From positions 11,905 through 75,904 of the forward strand of contig JBBRTT010000010.1 in NCBI GenBank assembly GCA_038244165.1: 64,000 nt of DNA. The letters are read 5' to 3'. Of this stretch, positions 58,450 to 64,000 are shown piece after piece. Positions within the stretch are counted from its first letter, which is position 1; each line of letters starts with the position of its first letter. Position numbers and translations under genes: made by a program. This stretch comes from Lysobacterales bacterium (GTDB lineage: Bacteria > Pseudomonadota > Gammaproteobacteria > Xanthomonadales > Rhodanobacteraceae). The notes under the pieces are model-generated. The model saw only the letters and a program-made list of their open reading frames with translations. It had not been told where the DNA came from and did no database searches.

Positions 58450-59502
58450 ATGCCATCGCGCCTCGTCCTGAGTCTTATGTTGTTCGCTTCGTCGGCGGCA
58501 TCGGCCGCGACGTTCTGCGTGTCGACGCCCACCGAGTTCCAAACCGCGCTCACGACCGCGCAAAGCAATGGCCAGAACGATGTGATCCTGGTGGAACCCG
58601 GCGCGTACGTCGTCAATGCGCCGCTTGACTACTACGCGAGCGAAAACTTCGACTTGAGCGTGAGCGGCGGTTGGGAAGGCTGCGTGCATCACCACAATGA
58701 TCCGCGCTATAGCGTTATCGATGGACACTCGGCCTACGCGCTTGCGCATTTTGTGGGAGCGCCGAACAGCACCGGCAATATCAGCGTGAGTTGGCTCACG
58801 TTTCGCAACGGCGCCGGTGCAGGGAGCAGCAATCCGGTGGTGTTCGGCCTCGTCGCGGGCTGGCAGGGGGCGCTCACGGTCGAGAACAACGTATTCACGA
58901 ACCTTGAAGGCAGGGTGGGCTCCGGTGTCACCGCTGTTGAGCTCGACAGCGATCAAGGCACGATTCTGGTGCGCAACAATCTGTTCGCAAACAACCGCAC
59001 CGACAGCCTCGCCTCGCCCGTGCATCTGCTCGCCAACAACCCGGTATTTTCCTACGTCGGAGAGTTCACCAACAACACCGCTACCGGCAACATGACCGGC
59101 GACAGCAATGGCACCGAAACCGGGGGCATCCACATCACCGGCGCCGGTATCTGGTCTGTCACCAACAATATCACCTGGGGCAACAGCGGCCATGACCTAC
59201 ATCTGGGCCCGAATATCTATTATCTCCACAACAACGACATCGGCTCGAGTACCGGTGGCACGCCATTCAGCACAGGCAACAATCTGGCCGTGGATCCCGG
59301 TTTCGTGGACACCAACGGCAACTATCGTTTGCGCGGCGATTCGCCGCTGGTCAACGCCGGTTTGAACAGCGCACCCGGCGGCATCGGCACCTATGACATC
59401 GGCGGCGCGCCCGGCACAAATCGCCTGGTCTTCGGCACCGTCGACATCGGTGCATACGAACTGCAAGACCGCATCTTCGCCGACAGTTTCGATTCGCTGT
59501 AG
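58450..59502 (+). CDS. Exported beta-helix protein with a choice-of-anchor Q-like end and a DRIFADSFD tail
   Basis: Signal peptide; Asn-rich parallel beta-helix repeats; VDPGF...YRL...SPLVNAG...VDIGAYE. Confidence 0.8.
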   Translation: MPSRLVLSLMLFASSAASAATFCVSTPTEFQTALTTAQSNGQNDVILVEPGAYVVNAPLDYYASENFDLSVSGGWEGCVHHHNDPRYSVIDGHSAYALAHFVGAPNSTGNISVSWLTFRNGAGAGSSNPVVFGLVAGWQGALTVENNVFTNLEGRVGSGVTAVELDSDQGTILVRNNLFANNRTDSLASPVHLLANNPVFSYVGEFTNNTATGNMTGDSNGTETGGIHITGAGIWSVTNNITWGNSGHDLHLGPNIYYLHNNDIGSSTGGTPFSTGNNLAVDPGFVDTNGNYRLRGDSPLVNAGLNSAPGGIGTYDIGGAPGTNRLVFGTVDIGAYELQDRIFADSFDSL

Positions 59503-59573
59503 CGCCGAGTCTTGCGTATGTGCTGATCGGCTCCGCGCAATAGTCCACACTGCCCTCTCTACCGAAGAACGCC

Positions 59574-60431
59574 ATGAGAATTCTCGCTCCCGGATCAGCG
59601 ATCACATTGAGCCTCGTACTCTGGCTCTCGGCGGCAAGCGCCCTGTATGCAAAAGATCTGCGCACCGGCGCGCATGCAACGACGTTTCATATCGTCGCGA
59701 CCGATAGCGGATTCGAAGCGCCGGATCGCGTCCCGGCGGGTCTGCGCCACATCGTGTTCGAAAATCGTGGGACCCAGATTCACGAGGGCATGTTGGTCAA
59801 GTTGCCCGATGGCATGCGCGCGCAGGACTATGTCGCCGCGGTGAAGGCCGGCGCCTTGTTCCCCCAGGGTGCGCTTGATTACTCGGGTCCCGGGTTGATC
59901 TCCCCCGGCCAGACCACACAGTTGTGGACGCACGTGGATCCTGGCAGCTACATCGTGATCTGCTGGAACGCTGATCACGAAAGGACCACGCGCGTGCACC
60001 CGTTCACGGTCGTATCCGCTGGCGCGCATGACGACACGCCGCCCCAAGACGACGTGATCTTGAAGCTCATCGACTTCCGCTTCGAACTGTCGCGAGCGCT
60101 GCGCAAGGGCACGCAGGTCATCCGCATCCAGACGATTGGCCCATCCATGCACGAGGCCGACTTATTCCGCCTGCTCGACGGCAAAACGTTGGACGACCTG
60201 ATTGAGTGGCGCAAGCATGACGGTAGTATCGGCGTGCCCCCGGCGGTGGCCTTGGGCGGCGTGCTCGACAACCACGATCTCAAGCACCCGGTCTGGCTCA
60301 AGCGGACATTCACGCCAGGCCGCTACGTGATCCTTTGCGAGATGCCAATGAGCATGGACGCTACAGCAGGCACCGACAACGCGACGCATGCGGACGCCGG
60401 GATGGTGATGCAGTTCCAGATCGCGGAGTAG
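59574..60431 (+). CDS. Exported protein with two cupredoxin-like domains
   Basis: Signal peptide; duplicated N/T.G...HE...PG.Y...C units; the second ends C...H...GM (type-1 copper-like ligand set). Confidence 0.7.
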   Translation: MRILAPGSAITLSLVLWLSAASALYAKDLRTGAHATTFHIVATDSGFEAPDRVPAGLRHIVFENRGTQIHEGMLVKLPDGMRAQDYVAAVKAGALFPQGALDYSGPGLISPGQTTQLWTHVDPGSYIVICWNADHERTTRVHPFTVVSAGAHDDTPPQDDVILKLIDFRFELSRALRKGTQVIRIQTIGPSMHEADLFRLLDGKTLDDLIEWRKHDGSIGVPPAVALGGVLDNHDLKHPVWLKRTFTPGRYVILCEMPMSMDATAGTDNATHADAGMVMQFQIAE

Positions 60432-60446
60432 CAAGTACTCAGACGC

Positions 60447-60472
60447 GTTCGGAACGGCTTCCTGCGGTGTTT
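60447..60472 (+). promoter_or_regulatory. Candidate ECF promoter motif, copy 2
   Basis: GTTCG-N12-GCGGTGTTT, ending 31 nt before ATG 60504. Confidence 0.65.
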
Positions 60473-60503
60473 CCATTGGAAAGAGCACCTGGGAAGCACC
60501 ATC

Positions 60504-63212
60504 ATGACGCGCATTTGCCTCGCCGTTTGTCTGGTCTTTTTAGCATCGATCGCGTCAGCCGCCACCTGCACGTGGAACGTTGCGAGCGGCAACTGGAGCG
60601 CGGCCGCCAACTGGAGTGGCTGCGCCGACGTGCCCGGTCCGTCGACGCGCAGTCCCGGTGTCAGCGACATCGCGGTGTTGATCAACGGCACGGCGAACCT
60701 GGATGCTTCACCCACCGTGAGCGAATTCGAGCTCGGTCCGAACGGCGTGCTGTCGGTTGTCGGGCCTACCAAGACGTTCGATGTGACGAACGCGCTGCGC
60801 TTTGCCGGAGGCCAGGCGACGACGATCCTCGGCACGAACCAGCTGCTGCTCAAACTGCATGCGGGCGGCAGCGGCAGCCTGCTGGCGTCGACATCGCTGA
60901 AGAATGCAACGTTCTTCGAGAACTCCGGTTCGCTGACGCTCGGCTCGGCCAGCGGCGTCGCGCTCACGCTGGTCTGCTGCGCCGAGGTGCGCAACATGCC
61001 CGGTGGCACGATCACGATGGCCGGCGGCGATTCGCGCCTGTATTTCGATGGCGGCGGCACCCTGCTCAACAACGCCGGCGCGACGCTGACGATCAACGGC
61101 AACACGCTGTTCGGCCGGCCGACGACGACGGCGAGCGTTTCCTCCGTGACCAACCTCGGCACGATGACGGTCACCGGGCCGGGCGCGTTGAACATGCCGA
61201 TCGGCGTCGGCATCTTTCATCAATTCGGCGACCTGACGATCAGCAATGCCACGCTCGTCTGCAGCAATGCTGCAGCGAACCCCGACAAATGCACCTACCG
61301 CGACAGCGACGCCACGCATATCGGCTCGATCACGCGTCTGGCGAATGCAACACTCGATCTGGGCGGCACGGGCGTGAACTACCCCTTCGGTGCCGGCTCG
61401 ACGATCACCGGTCAGGGCACAATCAACACCGACATGACGGCGAGCGGCAAGCTGGCACCGGGCGCGTTGAGTGGCGCGCCGTATGCAACGCTCGCCATCG
61501 GCGGCAAGCTGACAATCCAGCCGAGTGCCCTCATCGATTTAGATCTGGGCGGCAGTGGCGCCAGCATGTACGACCGCATAACGGCCTCTGGCGCAGTGCA
61601 AGTGGGCACCAACACGACCTTCGCCGGCTATGGCCGTCTCAACCTGCGTCTGGCAGCAGGTTACGCCCCAGTGCTCGGCGAAGCCGTGCCGGTGATGACC
61701 TATGCGAGCGTGCTGACCGGCGCCGCGTTCAATCGCATCGACGCGAACTACGCGCTCGACTACGCCGCGCGTTTCGATCCGGCCGTGTTGCAGGTTTTCC
61801 CGGCGCCGCGCGTCACCATCGACAACCAGAGTGTCGTCGAAGGTGTCAGTGGCACCATGCCAATGACTTTCAATGTGCAGTTGTCGCAGCCTTACGCACA
61901 GACGGTGACCGTCGAGTTTCGCTACCACGACGGTACCGCCAGTTACGGCCTGGCGCCGGTGGGCGACTACGTGTATCCCGGAAGTATCGTGCTGACGTTC
62001 ACGCCCGGACAAACACTGCAGACCGCAGTTTTCTCGATCAACGGCGACACCGTAGTGGAGGCCGACGAGCAGTTCGCGGTCGAATTGCTGCGCAACAAGG
62101 TCGCCAACGCGGCGTTCGGCAATGGCATCCAGGGCGATGTGTTCGGCATCGGGACAATCCTGACCGACGAGCTGCCGCTGACGACACGCTACCTCCTGGC
62201 CGGCAAGGACTACGGCCCCGCCAAGAAGATCCGTCGTTACACCACGGACGGCATGTTCATCGATACCTGGGACGATCGCATGCCGCTCTCCACCCTGGGC
62301 GATATCGTCACCGGCATGTGTTTCGCGCCGGGCGGCGAAGTGCTGGCCACGCGCTTTGCCTGGCCCAACGCGATCGTCTACAGCCGCCTCGGCGCGATCC
62401 TCAACGAGAATTTCGGCAACCCGCTCAACCTGGCGGACCACGAATCGTGCGTGTTCGACCTGGTCGGCAACGTCTACATCGGCATCGCGGGCGCCAACGG
62501 CGCACCGGACTCTAGCGTGCCGGTGCGCAAGTTCGACCACTATGGCAACCTTCTCGATACGTTCGTGCTGCCGACCGGCACGCGCGGCACCGACTGGATC
62601 GATCTGGCCGGCGATCAGTGCACGCTGTACTACACGTCCGAAGATACCAGCGTGCGCCGCTATAACGTATGCACACACACGGCGTTGCCGGTATTTGCGA
62701 CCGGACTCACGCCGCCGTATTGCTACGCATTGCGATTGCGCTCCAATCGCGAGCTGATGGTCGCCTGCCAGGACGCGGTGCATCGCCTGAGTCCACAAGG
62801 CGCCAATTTAAAAACGTATACCCGCCAGAGCATCGGCGAAACCGACGCGAACGGTCTGTTCGCCATGAATCTGGACCCGGACGGCAACTCGTTCTGGACC
62901 GCGGGGCTCACCAGCGGCAACGTCTATCATGTTGATATCGCCAGCGGCGCCGTGCTCGGCAGTTTCAACAGCGGACCGGGCGGCGTGGCAGGTTTGGCCG
63001 TCTATGACGAACTGCACGACGACGTGATTTTTGCCGACGGCTTCGAGATGCCGCCGCCGCTGGCGCCGATCGTGTTCGGCGCGAGCCTGACCGCCGAAGC
63101 CGAGAGCCAGACCGAATTCGCGCCGGACCTCGGCGCCGACATGCCGCCGTTCGTGCCGAACTGGATGCGCGTGATCGCGCACGAACAGTTCGAACGCGAA
63201 CGCGGGCACTGA
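60504..63212 (+). CDS. Large exported mosaic protein: passenger-like beta-helix, Calx-beta-like domain, beta-propeller, DVIFADGFE motif
   Basis: Signal peptide; GNWS.AANWS start; G/T/N-rich repeats; TVTVEF...DGTA...DY...LTFTPGQT...INGD..VEADEQF; propeller repeats. Confidence 0.8.
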   Translation: MTRICLAVCLVFLASIASAATCTWNVASGNWSAAANWSGCADVPGPSTRSPGVSDIAVLINGTANLDASPTVSEFELGPNGVLSVVGPTKTFDVTNALRFAGGQATTILGTNQLLLKLHAGGSGSLLASTSLKNATFFENSGSLTLGSASGVALTLVCCAEVRNMPGGTITMAGGDSRLYFDGGGTLLNNAGATLTINGNTLFGRPTTTASVSSVTNLGTMTVTGPGALNMPIGVGIFHQFGDLTISNATLVCSNAAANPDKCTYRDSDATHIGSITRLANATLDLGGTGVNYPFGAGSTITGQGTINTDMTASGKLAPGALSGAPYATLAIGGKLTIQPSALIDLDLGGSGASMYDRITASGAVQVGTNTTFAGYGRLNLRLAAGYAPVLGEAVPVMTYASVLTGAAFNRIDANYALDYAARFDPAVLQVFPAPRVTIDNQSVVEGVSGTMPMTFNVQLSQPYAQTVTVEFRYHDGTASYGLAPVGDYVYPGSIVLTFTPGQTLQTAVFSINGDTVVEADEQFAVELLRNKVANAAFGNGIQGDVFGIGTILTDELPLTTRYLLAGKDYGPAKKIRRYTTDGMFIDTWDDRMPLSTLGDIVTGMCFAPGGEVLATRFAWPNAIVYSRLGAILNENFGNPLNLADHESCVFDLVGNVYIGIAGANGAPDSSVPVRKFDHYGNLLDTFVLPTGTRGTDWIDLAGDQCTLYYTSEDTSVRRYNVCTHTALPVFATGLTPPYCYALRLRSNRELMVACQDAVHRLSPQGANLKTYTRQSIGETDANGLFAMNLDPDGNSFWTAGLTSGNVYHVDIASGAVLGSFNSGPGGVAGLAVYDELHDDVIFADGFEMPPPLAPIVFGASLTAEAESQTEFAPDLGADMPPFVPNWMRVIAHEQFERERGH

Positions 63213-63447
63213 GCGGGAGATCAAAACACTGCCACGAAGACACGAGGTCGATTCGCTGTAACGCCGAGGTTTCGGCAGTGCTGCGGTGTGAATTTCCAGA
63301 GTAACCGTTCGCGCCTACGCGCTGGTCGAACGGAATCTTCAAACTCGAGCCGCTACCGAATTTTCCGTGAGTGCTACTCCAGACGGCTCCCGTTGGTGGA
63401 TGGACGGCGCCGAGCCGTCGCGATTTCAAAACCTTTTACGAAGTGGT

Positions 63448-63473
63448 GTTCGCAACGGCGTCCCGCGGTGTTT
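63448..63473 (+). promoter_or_regulatory. Candidate ECF promoter motif, copy 3
   Basis: GTTCG-N12-GCGGTGTTT, ending 29 nt before ATG 63503. Confidence 0.65.
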
Positions 63474-63502
63474 CCTAGAAAGAGCACTTGGGAAACACGA
63501 CC

Positions 63503-64000
63503 ATGACGCGTATTTGCTTCGCCGTTTGCCTAAACCCCGACTTGCGCTCCGGCTTGTTCGGCGCGGTGCCTGCGCACGCGCCCCACTGGCGGTCGCGGGT
63601 TTTTTTCGCCGGCCTGCTTTGCTTGGCACTGATGCTTTGCGCAGGTACGGCCCGAGCACAGGTCGAAGTGTGCGCCAACACCGCCGCCGAGATTCTCAAT
63701 GGCTTCAACATCGCCAACGATGACGCGGTAGTCATCAAGGTGGTGCAGGGCGATTACACCTTAAGCGAAGATCCCAACGCCCGCAGCGACAGTCTGTTTT
63801 TTGGCCACGACATCACCCTGGTCGGCGGATACAACAGCAATTGCACCAGCCGCAGCCTCGATCCCAAACTGACGACGATTCGCACCAACACCTTTTTTTC
63901 CATCCGTACGCGCGACAGCATTCGCATCAAATCGATTCGCTTCCTCGATTTCCCGGCCGGCTTCGGCGGGATTTCCCTGATCGCGATGTCGATCTTGTCC
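63503..64000 (+). CDS. 5' part of an exported protein related to 58450..59502; runs off the window and is absent from the ORF track
   Basis: Own translation, open to the edge: MTRICFAVCL...LLCLALMLCAGTARA-QVEVCANTAAEI...VIKVVQGDY...ITLVGGYNSNC...DP. This parallels FCVSTPTEF...VILVEPGAY...LSVSGGWEGC...DP. Confidence 0.75.
   Translation, partial: MTRICFAVCLNPDLRSGLFGAVPAHAPHWRSRVFFAGLLCLALMLCAGTARAQVEVCANTAAEILNGFNIANDDAVVIKVVQGDYTLSEDPNARSDSLFFGHDITLVGGYNSNCTSRSLDPKLTTIRTNTFFSIRTRDSIRIKSIRFLDFPAGFGGISLIAMSILS

Noticed and set aside
60335-62515. 726-aa Arg-rich ORF overlapping the large exported gene on the same strand
   Set aside because: Alternative frame with R/H/P-biased composition typical of GC-rich off-frame translation.
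1-64000. tRNA/rRNA genes, integrases, transposases or prophage genes
   Set aside because: None recognised by eye. A tRNAscan/Infernal run would be needed to exclude small RNAs formally.

Overview
GC-rich bacterial chromosomal window. Gene order and content (algZ-algR-hemC, rho-trxA-rhlB, ftsEX-ung-rpoH, priA, sppA, fadE) point to a Xanthomonadales genome, probably Rhodanobacteraceae-like; this is inference. Core genes are interleaved with a SoeABC-type molybdoenzyme operon that has an internal SLC13 transporter, a split type II secretion module (gspC-D-E...gspF) and two ECF sigma factor loci. The best candidate for an undescribed system is at 53.0-64.0 kb. It consists of an ECF sigma factor with a Thr-containing variant of the DAED motif, a membrane Ser/Thr kinase with a C-terminal DUF4384-like domain, an exported TPR-CHAT (caspase-like) protease with intact His/Cys, and a run of exported proteins. 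Three of these exported genes share an exact upstream motif, GTTCG-N12-GCGGTGTTT (candidate ECF promoter), and two carry a DxIFAD[GS]F[DE] tag at or near the C-terminus. Other notable non-coding signals are a DnaA-box/IHF cluster upstream of priA (DARS/datA-like), a perfect CIRCE before rpoH, a diverged 86-bp duplication of the soeA 5' end flanking a dispersed palindromic element, and tandem duplications of gene 3' ends. No rRNA, tRNA, CRISPR array or transposase was recognised. All family assignments come from motif reading, not database searches.
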